Shown here piece by piece: positions 11,881-26,693 of a stretch of 64,000 nucleotides of DNA. The position numbers and the translations under genes were made by a program. Every line of letters begins with the position of its first letter. The stretch's first letter is position 1. The notes beneath the pieces were generated by a model that saw only the letters and a list, made by a program, of their open reading frames with translations, was not told the DNA's origin and made no database searches. The stretch is from Eledone cirrhosa (taxonomy: Eukaryota), in the NCBI GenBank assembly GCA_964016885.1, contig OZ024747.1:75020001-75084000 (forward strand). The letters run 5' to 3'.

Positions 11881-13502
11881 TCATCATCATCATCGTTTAA
11901 CGTCCATTTTCCACGCTAGCATGGGTCTGGACGGGAATTGTCCCACTTGAGGCAAGATTGGTTGTCTTGCTCAGGACTCTCTGGCGGGTTTTCTACGGCT
12001 GGTTGCCCTTCCTAACACCAACCAGATTTACAGTGTGGACTGGGAGGTTTTTACCGTGTTACCTACATGGCCACATTACAGCGTGGACTGTGTGTTTTTT
12101 TTGTCGTGACACCTACACGACCTCGTTTATTTAGGACTGGATGTTGTGGTACCAACATAGCTTTACATCGAAAGGGGTGGTGTAGATGGTGGTAGGGTTA
12201 GTGCCTACTGACTGTAGGTTTCGCTTTGTACTTAGGCAAGGTGGGTCTTCTGTATTACTACGTAGCGCCAAAGATCTCGGTCCAGTGACATTGTCTTGGA
12301 GAGGTGTAAGTGTGTGAGGTCTGAATTTATCAGCTCGTCCCAGGTTTTTCTGGGTCTGCCTACTCCGTAGCTACCGTCTATTTTGATCGCCCTGCACTTT
12401 TTTATACAGCTGTCATCTTTTATGCGCATCACGTAACCAAACCAATGTAGTCTTCTCTCGAGTAAACAGCATCTGATCCCTCTTATTCCTAATTTCTCAC
12501 TTAGTTCATTTATGCTCTGCCGTTTGCGTATATTACTATTACACATCCAATGGAGCATGCAAGCTTCGTTCCTCTCCAGTCTGCGTATATCCTCTGCACA
12601 CAATGCCCAGGTCTCACTGCCATGTAACATCGCTGTTCGTATGCAGGCATCATACAGCCTGCCTTTTATTTTTAGAGAGAAACCTTTAGTGGCCAATAGT
12701 GGTATAAGCTCTCTGAACTTTTTCCGTCCTGTTCAGACTCTAGCTACAGTACTTTCGGAGCACCCTCCACCACTGCTGATTTTGTCACCCAGGTAACGGA
12801 AGGTGTCCACTATTTCTATAGAACCATCTGGGCAATGGAATGAGCTTGTATTCTGTGGGCATTTGCTGCTACTTATTGCACCAGAGCACCGGCCACATAT
12901 AAAATCTATATTCTTAGTTACCTTACCTGTGATCCCACTACATCTTTTATGCACCCATACTTTGCATTTGGGACATAAAATGGAGTTTCTACCTACTCCT
13001 TTCCTACACACTGAGCATGGCCATTTCCCAGATGGGACCAGTGCCCTATTCTCCTTCCTACATATTAGAACTTTAGACAAGTTAATTTTAAGGCCTTTTG
13101 ATTCTAGGCCATGCTTCTATGTTTGGAATTTCTTCTCTAGTTCAGCCATTGATTCGGCTATGAGCATTAGATCATCTGCGTATAGAAGTTCCCATGGGCA
13201 GCTGGTCTTGAGCTCCTCCGTTATAGCTTGGAGGGCGATAATAAATAGGAGGGGGCTAAGGACGGAGCCCCGATGAACACCAACTTTTGCACTAAACTCT
13301 TCACTATATTCGTTGTTAATTCTAACCTTGCTGACTGTTTCATTATATATGGCTTGTATAGCTCTCACAAGCCATTAATCTACACCTAATTTTCTAAGAG
13401 CCCACCAGATAATGGAGTGGGGGACTCTGTCAAAGGCTTTCTCCAGGTCTACAAAAGCTAAGTAGAGGGGTTTACTTTTAGCTAGGTACTTCTCCTGTAG
13501 TT
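11879..13502 (-). mobile_element. 5'-truncated, decayed RTE-type LINE, family B (older variant)
   Basis: RT fragments (GVHRGSVLSPLLF, YADD, PHD finger, RRLHWFGYV) broken by stops. (CAT)n tail at 11879 and (TA)n on both flanks. Confidence 0.93.
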
Positions 13503-16132
13503 ATATATATATGTATATATATATAAATATACACACATGTGAATTTTGTATATCTAAAGATACTCAGTATGTTTAATAAATAAACGTTTTCAAAGCCCAG
13601 CTACAAATAGAAGGCTGATGATCAGTGCCATCTAGCATATTCCAGGAGAAGCTGCAAAGGATAATTGTCTATGCATTTTGAACTCTGGTTTTCATCAGGT
13701 CACTGCTTCCTCTTGCTTGCTGCTAGAATTTGAGACACACACACACACGATGAGCTTCTTCAATGCTTCTGTTTATCAAAATCACTCACATGCCATTGGT
13801 CAGTCTTTGGCTGTAGTAGAAGTAATTTGCCATAATTTGTCACACTGTGAAATTGAACCTGAAACCACTTGGTTGTGAAGTAAACTTTTTAACCATGCAG
13901 CTATGCTTGTTTTTCCATCTTATGAATATATTTTGTTTGAAATTCCTAAATTTGTATCAATGTATACTGAGGGTAAAATTTCTATAGGAGTAACGAAAGT
14001 ACTTAATCAATTTGTTAATTATTGTCTGTTAATGAGGTTTTATTGCTGGAAAAGAAGACATTTAGGAAAATGCAATAGTGTATTTATTTGTAATATATTA
14101 ACTCAGCCATCTAAACTTGATACATTCTAAGACATACTGTTTTATATGTGTATAAATTCTATGCTTGAAATAATAGCAGTTGATTAAGAATAAAGACAAT
14201 TAAAATAAGCTGTGTGAGATCAAAGTGAATATTTCCAATAATGGGTTAGTTGTATTGAACACTTCTGATGAAGAACTAATTTGAATATCGATTGATGAGG
14301 GTTTTTTAAATTTTATTTTGTTTTGTTTCTTAAAGAGAAAAAGATGACAAAAACATGGGAATTATTGGTTTATTGTTTTGCCTTCTTTAGGAAATTCTTT
14401 AAATGTTCTTATATGACATAAATTATTCATATCTTTCAAATGTAACACTTCACTTCCACATATGATTAATTATCATAAGCAGGTATTATTTTCAGTTAAC
14501 GATTATAAAATTGAATACTTCCTGTTTTAACCCTAACCTTTTCCTTATTTCCAATGAAAAACACTGCTTATGATTGTCAAATGATTTTGAAAGCGATCAA
14601 GAATTTGGAGGGATTTAATAATAAGACAGGAGTCATATTCTATAAGCAAGAAGTTGTGACTAGTAGATAGTATCAGCAATGAAAAGACCAACAGAAAGAT
14701 TGTTTCCTTGGTCTGATTTATCGAATTCCACCCCACAGGGTATGTAAATGAGGTCTGGTGATGATTTCTAAAGGACACTGAAACCTTTAAGAACAGTCTT
14801 TGATTTTGCAAGACAAATCTTTATGTCCTTTTCTGTGGATTTGATGATATGTCCTCAGTATATGAGGGAGTTCGTATACATAAGAGAAATAATCATTGTA
14901 GGAGGTATCAAAAGGCATATTGTTACCATCATCACCATTACTATCACTATTTAATGTCTATTTTCCATGCTAGCATGGGTTAGATAAGTTGTCATATTAT
15001 GAGGCTAGACAGGTCATGTGACTACATCTTGCTCATATAATTGGTTTTTTTTTGGCATAGTTATGTATGGCTGGATGCCCTTCTTAAAGCCAACTTTTAT
15101 ATTTTTCTGTATTTTCAAACTAGAGCTCATCTATTTCTATGCTATCACCATGTTCCTGTGTGTTTACATTGCAGGTAAATTTGTTGCAATAAATCTTCAT
15201 CTTACTAAAGTGATAACAGATTATCTGACATATTAAATACTGAAGGCCCAGTGTGGTTTCATTGGACAAACACATAACAAATATAAACAGTGTCAGATTT
15301 GCCATGTGTAATGATATGTTTTACTTGTATTAAATTTATAGTTTATGCCTGCTTACCTTTTCTAATATACAGTAATAATATATATATTAAAAAATATGCT
15401 GGAATCTCTGTAGATAATGATTTCTCTATAAAGCTGTATCTGACTTATAAAGGAGCTCTGCTGTATATTAACTTCCAATAACACCATCTTTAAATGATGC
15501 TGTATATTTCTGAATAAAATGTTTTATAGAAGATGAATATAAGTTGCGTGAGTGAAGATAATCTGAGAATTAATCTTAAGGTATGGTTGAAAGTGGAAGC
15601 ACCACCACCACCACTACAACCACCACCCATGTCACCCTCACTGTCAATACCACCAGAGTCACCCTCACTGCCGCCACCACCATCCCCACCAATGTCACCC
15701 TCACTGCCACCACCACCACCCCCACCAATGTCACCCTCACTGCCACCACCACCACCATCACCACCAATAAATGCTCACTATTTTCATTATAACCCTTGCA
15801 AGCAGGGAAAAGCGGACGTAAAATGATGATGATGATGAATAACAGTTATATCAGTTAACTCTTTCATGACCCAAATGTCTGAAATACATTGTCTAGAGTT
15901 TCTTGGACATATCTGTACATCTCAGTGATTATAATTCATCAACTACATAAGCCCAACAACTGGCCCCTTTCAAGGTCAAAGTCATAATCTCCCACATACT
16001 TATCTCCTTAATTCAACATTTATTTCATTTCCTTCAGTGACATTAAATAATGTTTACATAGACTGAGTTAATAGGAGACATAGCTCTGTTGTATAGAACA
16101 ATGATCACTTCACTTAATGAACCTGGTAGTTG

Positions 16133-16197
<65 letters not shown>

Positions 16198-16198
<1 letters not shown>

Positions 16199-16330
16199 CA
16201 TCATCGTCATCATCATTTAACGGCTATCTTCTACGCTAGCATGGGTTAGACGGGAATTGTCCCACTTGAGGCAAGATTGGTCGGGTGACTGTGTCTCGCT
16301 TGTATAGGACTATCTGGCAGATTTTCTGTA
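16198..16330 (-). mobile_element. Short 3'-end fragment of a family B-like LINE
   Basis: (CAT)n followed by ACGCTAGCATGGGTTAGACGGGAATTGTCCCACTTGAGGCAAGA, embedded in (TA)n/(TG)n. Confidence 0.8.
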
Positions 16331-16360
16331 TATATATATGTGTGTGTGTGTGTGTGTGGT

Positions 16361-16425
<65 letters not shown>

Positions 16426-16704
16426 ATATAGTGTATATATATGGAAGTCTTTTCTTCCAAGACTATGTTTCTATTTGAAGGGAGTGTTAGAACACTGGAT
16501 CAAATGTCTTGTGGTATTTGTTTTGGCCTTCTGCTCTCTGAGTTCAAATCCCGCTGAGGTCAATAAAAAAAGTACCCATCTAGTACTGGGGTCGATTCTT
16601 CTTCTATATCTCTTTCTCAATTCGTCTCTCTCACTTTCTATCCTTCTCTGGAAGAAATCTGCTCTAATCAGGTCTGGAGAAGAGATGGGCTCTGCCAGGT
16701 GTAA

Positions 16705-16922
16705 CCCTTTAGCATTTACATTACTTTATATATAGTAATGTATTTTTGTGGTAAAGGCTTTGTCTTACATAATATCGTACATAATATTGAATCTATGAGA
16801 TTTTGATATTCTTTATTTTGAGAACAATATCTTAACATCAGTATGAGTGGCCAGTTATGGCTGGTTTGAACAGAAAGGAGTGAGAATTCTGGCCGGATAT
16901 GGCCGGTTTAAATGCTAACAGG
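16705..16922. mobile_element. piggyBac-like MITE, diverged copy of the 6770 element
   Basis: CCCTTTAGCATTTAC...AATGCTAACAGG, with internal sequence collinear with 6770-6989. Confidence 0.7.
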
Positions 16923-17239
16923 TTTTTAAATAATATGCTCTAAAAATGATGTAAGTCACTACGGCATCCCTATGATTCCATTAGATGTTAAGGACCATAC
17001 CATTTGATGTTGCTGTTCTCTGAGATAGGTTACCATTTCTGTAACCCTGCAGTTCTCCACAGATCCTCTTGTTTATCTCATTATATTAAAAGTAAGTTAA
17101 TCAATAGAAATTATTTAGAAAATAAGATATATATTTTTTAAATAAAATTACTCAAATAAGAAAATCTGTAAATTAGAATGTTATTAAATGTTAAATTTAT
17201 TAAATATAGTTATTAATAAAGACTTGTTTTTATAAAACT

Positions 17240-17790
17240 AGTCACCATCATCACTATCATCAGTTACACTAGTCACCATCACCATCATCAGTTACACTAG
17301 TCACCACCATCACCATCTTCTTCACTATCATCAGTTACACCATCGCCACAATTACCAACATCATCATAACCATCATCATTTACACTACCACCACCACCAC
17401 CATCATCACCCCTCACCATCACCACCACTACCAACAGCACCATCACCACTACTACCACCACTACCATGACCACCATGACCACCATCATCACCACTACCAC
17501 CATCATCACCACCATCATCACCACTATCACCACCATTACCACCATCACTACCCCCTATCACCACCACTACCACCACCAACACCAACACTACCATCACCAC
17601 TACCACCACAACAACCACCACCACCATCATCACCACTACCTCCACCACAATCACCACCACCATCACCACTACCATCACCCCCACCAACATCACCACCATC
17701 ATCACCACTTCCACAGCCACCATCACCACTATCACCACCACTACCATCACCCCCCACCAACACCACCATCACCTCTACCACCACCACTAT
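17240..17790. repeat. Degenerate (CAC/CAT/TAC)n trinucleotide repeat
   Basis: Low-complexity triplet tract. Confidence 0.9.
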
Positions 17791-18204
17791 CAATGTCCTC
17801 TTGTCTTGTTTGTTATTGCTGTCATTGCCATCAGGTTTAAATTAAATAGTTCAATAATACTAATTTGAAGCCATTAACCAAAACCAATTTCAAGTTTGTC
17901 AACACTATAGATTATTGATATCTGTTCAAATAGAAACTTGTATCACTTATGAATATTAAATTTTAGATTATCCTCCTCCTCCTTTGTCTTGTCTAAAATC
18001 AGTATAATAATAATAATAATAATAATAATAATTAAATATATATATATATATATATATATAGACAATTTAATCCAGTTTGTGTGCGTGTCATATATAATAC
18101 ACATTGTGTTTATCATATCCACTACACACTGTGCTTATATATATATATGTGTGATAACTGTTTATATATATATATATATATGTGCGTGTGTGTGTGATAA
18201 CTGT

Positions 18205-18263
<59 letters not shown>

Positions 18264-18269
18264 ATAACT

Positions 18270-18316
<47 letters not shown>

Positions 18317-18325
18317 ATAACTGTT

Positions 18326-20100
18326 TCATCATCATCATCATCATCATCAACGTTTAACGTCCGTGTTCCACGCTTGCATGGGTTTGGACGGGGGTAGTCC
18401 CACTTGAGGCAAGAGTGATTGTCTTGCTCGCATAGGACTGTCTGGCAGATTTTCTACAGTTGGATGCCCTTCCTAACACCAACCACATTTACAGTGTGGG
18501 TCTGGGAGGTTTTTACCGTGTTGCCTACACGGCCACATTACAGCGTGGACTGTGTGTTTTTTTGTCGTGACACCTACACGATCTCGTTTGTTTCGGCCTG
18601 GATGGCGCGGCACCAACATAACTTTACATGGAACGGGGTGGTGTGGATGGGGTGGGGGTGGTGGCGGGACGGGGTGTAGTTTGTTAGAGATGCCTACTGG
18701 CAAGGCGGGTCTTCTCTGTTACTGAGTACCGCCAAAGGTCACGGTCCAGTGACATTGTCTTGGAGAGGTGTAAGTGTATGAGGTCGGAGTTTATCAGCTC
18801 ATCCCATGTTTTTCTAGGTCTGCCTATTCCGTGGCTACCGTCTATCTTTATTGCCCTGCACTTTGTAATACAGCTATCGACTTTCATGCGCATCACGTGT
18901 CCATACCAACGCAGCCTTCTCTCGAGTAAACAACATCTGATCCCTCTTATCTCTAATTTTTTCCTTAGTTCGTTTATGCTTTGCCGTTCACGTATATTAC
19001 TGTTACACATCCAGCGGAGCATGCAAGCTTCGTTCCTCTCTAGTCTGCGTATATCCTCTGCACACAATGCCCAGGTCTCACTACCATGCAACATTGCTGT
19101 TCGTATGCAGGCATCGTACAACCTGCCTTTCATTTTTAGGGAGAACCCTTTAGCAGCTAACAGTGGTATAAGCTCTCTGAACTTTTTCCAACCAGTTCTG
19201 ACTCTAGCTACAGTACTTTCAGAGCACCCTCCCCCACTGCTGATTTTATCGCCCAGGTAACGGAAGCTGTCCACTATTTCTATAGAACCCTCTGCGCAAT
19301 TGAAAGAGCTAGTATTTTGTGGGCACTTGCTGCTACTTATTGCACCAGAACATCGGCCACATGTAAAGTCTATGTTCTTAGTTAGCTTACCTGTGATCCC
19401 ACTACATCTTTTATGCACCCATACTTTGCATTTAGGACATAAGATGGAGTTTCTACCTACGCCTTTCCTACATACCGAGCACGACCATTTCCCAGAAGGG
19501 ACCGCCGCCTTGTTTTCTTTCCTACAAACTAGAACTTTGGTCTTAGCCAGGTTAATTTTAAGTCCTTTTGACTCTAGGCCGTGCTTCCATGTTTGGAATT
19601 TCTTCTCTAGCTCGGCCATTGATTCCGCTATGAGTGTCAGGTCGTCTGCGTATAGGAGTTCCCATGGGCAGCCTGTCTTGAACTCCTCTGTTATAGCCTG
19701 AAGGGCAATAATAAATAGTAGGGGGCTGAGAACAGAGCCCTGATGGACGCCAACTTTTACGCTAAACTCTTCACTATATTCGTTGTTAATTCTAACCTTG
19801 CTGACTGTTTCTTTATACATGGCTTGTATAGCCCTCACAAGCCATTCGTCAACGCCTAGTTTTCTAAGAGCCCACCAGATAATGGAGCGGGGGACTCTGT
19901 CGAAGGCTTTCTCCGGGTCGACAAAAGCTAAGTAGAGGGGTTTACCTTTAGCTAGGTACTTCTCCTGTAGTTGTCGTACTATGAAAAGAGCGTCTGTGGT
20001 GCTTTTGCCTGACACAAACCCGAACTGCATTTCATCTAGATCAATTCTCTCTCTGATTAGTTGCGCTATTACTTTTTCCGTGACCTTCATGACCTGGTCG

Positions 20101-20104
<4 letters not shown>
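18326..20104 (-). mobile_element. 5'-truncated RTE-type LINE, family B
   Basis: Open 468-aa RT/PHD/C-terminal frame at 18684-20090, 3' UTR and (CAT)n tail. Inserted in a compound (TA)n(TG)n-ATAACTGTTT repeat. Confidence 0.95.
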
Positions 20105-20153
<49 letters not shown>

Positions 20154-20397
20154 GTGTGATAACTGTTTATGTGTGTATTTAATACGTAATAAAATGCTGA
20201 AAAATTAATTGTAATTTGAATATTACAATATTTGGCCCTAAAAGTAAAAAAAAAAAAGCACATATAAAAATTAACCCCTCAGTAGGGTGTGGGTAGCAAG
20301 CTTTCTTGGGTTTAGATGGTATTCAAAACCCCAAAATAAGAATCTCACAGATACTTGTAGATCCTATAAAGTATTTGGGGTTATTGTTTAACTCCAT

Positions 20398-22352
20398 GTA
20401 TATTGTAATTGAGCAATCCTAGGATCAAAACCATTCTAACCTCTGTCATCCTGTCTTGGATTGTATATTGTAATTGTGCAATCCTAGGATCAAAACTGTT
20501 CTAACCTCTGTCATCCTGTCTTGGACTGTATATTGTAATTGTGCAATCCTAGGATCAAGACCATTCTAACCTCTGTCATCCTGTCTTGGACTGTATATTG
20601 TAATTGAGCAATCCTAGGATCAAAACTGTTCTAACCTCTGTCATCCTGTCTTGGACTGTATATTGTAATTGTGCAATCCTAGGATCAAAACTGTTCTAAC
20701 CTCTGTCATCCTGTCTTGGACTGTATATTGTAATTGTGCAATCCTTGGATCAAAACTATTCTAACCTCTGTCATCCTGTCTTGGATTGTATATTGTAATT
20801 GTGCAATCCTTGGATCAAAACTATTCTAACCTCTGTCATCCTGTCTTGGACTGTATATTGTAATTGAGCAATCCTAGGATCAAAACTGTTCTAACCTCTG
20901 TCATCCTGTCTTGGATTGTATATTGTAATTGAGCAATCCTAGGATCAAAACTGTTCTAACCTCTGTCATCCTGTCTTGGATTGTATATTGTAATTGAGCA
21001 ATCCTAGGATCAAAACTGTTCTAACCTCTGTCATCCTGTCTTGGATTGTATATTGTAATTGAGCAATCCTAGGATCAAAACTATTCTAACCTCTGTCATC
21101 CTGTCTTGGATTGTATATTGTAATTGAGCAATCCTAGGATCAAAACTGTTCTAACCTCTGTCATCCTGTCTTGGACTGTATATTGTAATTGTGCAATCCT
21201 TGGATCAAAACCATTCTAACCTCTGTCATCCTGTCTTGGATTGTATATTGTAATTGAGCAATCCTAGGATCAAAACCATTCTAACCTCTGTCATCCTGTC
21301 TTGGACTGTATATTGTAATTGTGCAATCCTTGGATCAAAACCATTCTAACCTCTGTCATCCTGTCTTGGACTGTATATTGTAATTGTGCAATCCTTGGAT
21401 CAAAACTATTCTAACCTCTGTCATCCTGTCTTGGACTGTATATTGTAATTGTGCAATCCTAGGATCAAAACCATTCTAACCTCTGTCATCCTGTCTTGGA
21501 CTGTATATTGTAATTGTGCAATCCTAGGATCAAAACCATTCTAACCTCTGTCATCCTGTCTTGGACTGTATATTGTAATTGAGCAATCCTAGGATCAAAA
21601 CCATTCTAACCTCTGTCATCCTGTCTTGGACTGTATATTGTAATTGAGCAATCCTAGGATCAAAACCATTCTAACCTCTGTCATCCTGTCTTGGACTGTA
21701 TATTGTAATTGTGCAATCCTAGGATCAAAACCATTCTAACCTCTGTCATCCTGTCTTGGACTGTATATTGTAATTGTGCAATCCTAGGATCAAAACCATT
21801 CTAACCTCTGTCATCCTGTCTTGGACTGTATATTGTAATTGTGCAATCCTAGGATCAAAACCATTCTAACCTCTGTCATCCTGTCTTGGACTGTATATTG
21901 TAATTGTGCAATCCTTGGATCAAAACTATTCTAACCTCTGTCATCATGTCTTGGACTGTATATTGTAATTGTGCAATCCTTGGATCAAAACTATTCTAAC
22001 CTCTGTCATCATGTCTTGGACTGTATATTGTAATTGTGCAATCCTAGGATCAAAACCATTCTAACCTCTGTCATCCTGTCTTGGACTGTATATTGTAATT
22101 GTGCAATCCTTGGATCAAAACTATTCTAACCTCTGTCATCATGTCTTGGACTGTATATTGTAATTGTGCAATCCTTGGATCAAAACCATTCTAACCTCTG
22201 TCATCATGTCTTGGACTGTATATTGTAATTGTGCAATCCTTGGATCAAAACTATTCTAACCTCTGAAATCATGTCTTGGACTGTATATTTTAATTGTGCA
22301 ATCCTTGGATCAAAACTGTTCTAACCTCTGTCATCCTGTCTTGGACTGTATA
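20398..22352. repeat. 65-bp minisatellite, about 30 copies
   Basis: Unit GTATATTGTAATTGWGCAATCCTWGGATCAAAACYRTTCTAACCTCTGTCATCCTGTCTTGGAYT; period 65 (AGGATC at 20421 and 20486). Confidence 0.97.
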
Positions 22353-22819
22353 TAATATATCCTTCCTGTTTTTGAGAAAGTGCTATGATATATGATTGGA
22401 GGTATATGTAGCTGCTATTTCTAGCATGTTGAGTAACCTCATACAGGCTTCATCTAATTAATCAACTTTGGTCATTGTTTCATACACTTCCACAGAATAC
22501 ATATAGAATGTATAGAGATGAGAAAGAGAATGACTTCGAATACCCAGGGAAATATAGTATTGATGAAAGATTGTACTTACAAAGAACAAAGTACTCAATA
22601 TATTTTATTAAAAGTCGGAGATTCTTGAATCATTATTCTGAGTTTTATGTTGATGATTATTGAAATAAATTATACATGTTTAGTACCTCTTGTTACTTCC
22701 ATGTCGTGATCTCATAATACTGTTCAAAAGGATGGACACGTCAATCTCCAGCTGACTTTTACAGCAATTGTAGAAGCTTCCACAAACGACTTGGTATTTT
22801 AAAATGATATATCTTGAGC

Positions 22820-23375
22820 ATTGAGGCTCATCAGGCCGGAACTTATTCTGGTCTGTGGTGTGAAGTGACTGAGGGTACAAGATTCTCCCCTGGACAGGAT
22901 GCCAGTCCATCACAAGACATTATGATTGTGAGTCCAACACCCTTACCACTAGGTCACATCTCTCCCCACACTACAGCTATTACTACTACACTAAAGTCTA
23001 TCTCGAGTCTGGAAGCTCATCACGCCAGTACTTATCCCAGTTTCTGTGGCATGAAGCATCTGAGAGTACAAAAGTGACCCTGGACAGGACACCAATCTAT
23101 CACAGAGTTAACCCCTCCAGCTATTACTGGTACTCATTCTTAGCTTAGTATACTGGAGCAACGTGAAATGAAGTGTTTTGCTCAAGAATGTAACACAACC
23201 CAGTCTAGGAATCAAACCTGCTACATTATCATCATAAGTCTAACACCCTTACCCCTGGGGTGAGGTAAAATGAAGTGTTTTGCTCAAGAATGCAACACAC
23301 AACCCAGTCTAGGAATCAAACCTGCTACATTATCATCACACGTCTAACACCCTTACCACTAGGCTACACATCTCC
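22820..23375 (-). mobile_element. Cluster of tRNA-derived SINE pieces (7520-type head, alternative tail) with internal duplications
   Basis: Reverse complement of the head (ACCACTAGGC, GGAATCAAACC, TGAAGTGTTTTGCTCAAGAA) plus tail CCCCTGGACAGGATGCCAGTCCATC. Related copies at about 11280-11510 (-), 28975-29220 (+) and 62385-62510 (-). Confidence 0.7.
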
Positions 23376-25566
23376 ACAATGATATATCTCCTTCAATATA
23401 TAATCATATTGTTTAAACAATGTAATATCCTATCTCTTTATTCTGTCAATAGCCTCAATTGTTAAGTGTGTTTAGTAAACACATTTTTGAAAGCTTAAAA
23501 CAATGGTATGCTTCTAGAAAGTTAGTAATTCTATAAATGGAATTCATTACACTGTTTTTCTGTTTAAAGGGTCATTTATTCTATGAAGCCAAAATATGAG
23601 CTTGGTAAAAATTATCTAATGACACTCATATAATATTGTCAGTAAATAGAATATCTTAGTTGCTCAGAAACTTGAAAATGATAAGCCTTTTAGCTTAAAG
23701 AGTTCCAAGGAAAGTTGTTTTTTTCTTTGTTTTATATCAAAAGATATATCTAATCCAGAATGTGTGAGATTCAGAAGCTCAGTATTCTGAATTCTTTAGT
23801 TGCAATGGAAATATATATAAATACTCACATTTTTTTTCTCTGTCTCATGTTTATTGGCTTATCTTCTCTAATATACTGCTTCCAATGAATCACATATCAA
23901 TGTTATTTCGGTTATTTTTTTGCTATGTGGTTTCTTTAAAAGTATATATTTCCAAAGCACATATAATTATACCCACTTTCAAACAAACTATAACATTTTA
24001 AATGCTATGAGGAAATTTGAATGTAAACCATTTCATTACTGTATTTTTAATGAAAGACACAACCTATGATTTTCAAACAATTTTAAAAATCAAGAATTTA
24101 GATGAATTTAATAATATAACTACCATATACTCAAATATAAGTTGAATGGTAAAATGGGAAGTTAGCTTACATACACCATCTAAACGTTGATTAGCTGCCT
24201 CGGTTTATAAACAGGGTTTGGATTTTCACCTATTTCTCAGACATAAAATAGTTAGTATTAGTAATTAGAAAAACCAATGGAAACATTGTTTCCTTTGTCC
24301 AACCTGAAGAGTTCCACCTCACTCAGTAAGTGTAATAACGAGAAAGTTAGTTATATTACAAAATCCGTTCCCAATTGTTGATTATTTTAAAGATGATTGT
24401 GGGCAATGTTTTTCATTAGAAATATGATAATAGGTAATGCCTTTCATTAGAAATATGATAATGAAAGGGTTAAAGATAGAAGGGTTAAAGAAGTGTTATC
24501 TGTCATCTAATATTATGGAAGATATACTATATAAGATTTCAGATTAATAGATAAAGAATACTGGATTGGTGGTATCAAATATATAATGTGGCAGTGTGAG
24601 ATATGATACAAAGGTTTGTTAGCAGAACAGATAGCCATCATCATCATCATTATCACCATCACCACAATGATCACCACCTCAATCATATTCAAATGTCTAC
24701 TTTGCCTGTCAGTAAAGGTTTGACTGGTCATTACAGAACAAGTCAATACTCAACCAGAGCCACAGTTATCACATTCCATCCTGTATTCTATGAGGATGCC
24801 ATCATACCTTTGGCACAACTGAACAAATATTAGACAAGAGCCCAGACATCATTCACTTAGCGAGTGAGGTGACACTCATCAGATCGGACCAAGGAAACAA
24901 TGTTTCCATTGGTCTTTCCAATTCTACTACTATCTACTGGTTACAACTCCTGCTAGAAGATAAGTATATGAGATTCTGTTATTGACTTATGTTGGTAATG
25001 TGAGTTCCAGCATTACCCCTCCCCCTCTCTCTCTGTACACACACTCACACTCACTCGTTCTCTCTTTCTCTAAATTAATTTATCTTTCTAGAAACAATTG
25101 ACCCACAAGTAGACTAAATGAGAATCATTTCTTACCATTATTCTCTCTGGAGGTGGTCATTTGATGGAGTTATTAGAGTTTGGGATACAATGTGTCGTGT
25201 CTTTTGTTCAGGCTCTTTGTATTTTGTGTTCCAATCCGAATAAAGTCTGTTTTGCTTTGCTTTCTATCTTTTTTTGGGGTAGATAGAAAAACAGTATCAT
25301 CCCAATCGTGGTGCAGACCTCCTTCTCTCCCTCTGTCACATTCTAGATATTCCACCAGGTCAAGGACAGGAGGGTCAAGAGGATGTTGGTGTTTTGTCAT
25401 AACTACATGGTATTTTGAGAACCATTAGTGAAAGCATGATACATGCAACTAAGTCATCCTAGATTACAAGTTCCAGTTGTAGAAAATAGTATAGTATTCC
25501 CTCTGTAGCTATGTGATAGCATCTATAGTAGTTGACCCACTTTTATCTTGTTGCTTAAGCATATTG

Positions 25567-25730
25567 AGGGTCGGATGCCATGCTTTGCAGCATAGTTACG
25601 TCCCTTTACAGACTGAGTTCAAATCCCGCCGAGGTTAACTTTGTCTTTCATCCTTACGGGGTTGATAAAATAAAGTACCAGTAATACACTGGGATAATTG
25701 CTGGCCTTGTGCTAAAAGTAGAAACAATTA
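25567..25730 (+). mobile_element. SINE, same family as 10098-10885
   Basis: GAGTTCAAATCCCGCCGAGGTTAACTTTGTCTTTCATCCTTACGGGG..AAAGTACCAGT. Confidence 0.8.
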
Positions 25731-25829
25731 TATATGCTACTGTCAACTTTACCCTTCCTCCATTTGAGGTCAATAAAAAAGTACCAGTCTAGTGCTGGGG
25801 TTAATTCCTCCTCTATATTTCCTTCCACT

Positions 25830-26190
25830 GGATCCTGTCTGAAGCAACCATCTCCAATTTATCTGACTGGATCCACAAGTGAGACCAGCCAAGCTCATGT
25901 ATGTGTTATCCAACAATCTTGCTCAGGGTCTATCCCTGGGTCTCCTGCCAGTTGGTTTTGCTCGGGAAATCTGTCCAGTGATTCTTTCCTGAGACATTCT
26001 AACCACATGTTCATAATATCGGAGCCATGATCTCTAAATTCGGAGGAGTAGCAACTTTCTGATCTCCAAGCTAAGTTCTCTATCGAATAACATTACCCAA
26101 AACACCAGTTCGGCTGCTTGTATTTGTGATCACATTCTTCGGTCATTACTTAAGATTCATGACCATAGGTAAGAGATGACATGAATACCA
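25830..26190 (-). pseudogene. Decayed C-terminal fragment of another RTE-type LINE (Rex3/Expander-like)
   Basis: The minus strand reads LTYGHES*VMTE..SQIQAAE with frameshifts, a typical RTE post-RT motif. Confidence 0.6.
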
Positions 26191-26621
26191 AATTGAAGAT
26201 AGCGAGTTCTATCACTGTATTTCAAAATTTATAACACAATTTAGACCAATAGTTGCATCTTATTTTTGAGTATTGATTATTGACAATGAACGAAACATCT
26301 AAGATTCTATTTATTTTTCAATATACTGTCCCAAATTGCCGTTGCTAAGAAACAGGATTTAACTCATTGAATTAAGTGTGGCACAATTTTGATCACTGCC
26401 AGCCCCTAGAAATAATAATCACAGGAGAAATAATTGGTTTAATTATTTTCATAATGTTGTGTCATGGGATGGTGGGGAAAGGAATGGTGAACTCTGCAAA
26501 TTACAGTATAATTAATAGTAATTAAAAAGTCCAAGATTCAATTGTTAATTGGAATAGCTTCACTCAGTGAACTCACAATTATATATATATATCTTTCTAT
26601 ATATTTATATATGTATATATG

Positions 26622-26693
<72 letters not shown>

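Noticed and set aside
17297-17840. His-, Gly/Asp- or Val-rich ORFs, and the Pro-rich ORF at 15533-15826
   Set aside because: Translations of trinucleotide repeats without supported splice sites.
24270-24920. CTGAAGAG (24304, +) and CTGATGAG (24875-24882, -) in inverted copies of a dispersed repeat as hammerhead cores
   Set aside because: The nearby GAAAC lies in a GGAAACATTGTTTCC hairpin that cannot be arranged with valid stems I and II, and other copies (about 14700 and 37140) lack the core. Treated as an unclassified repeat.
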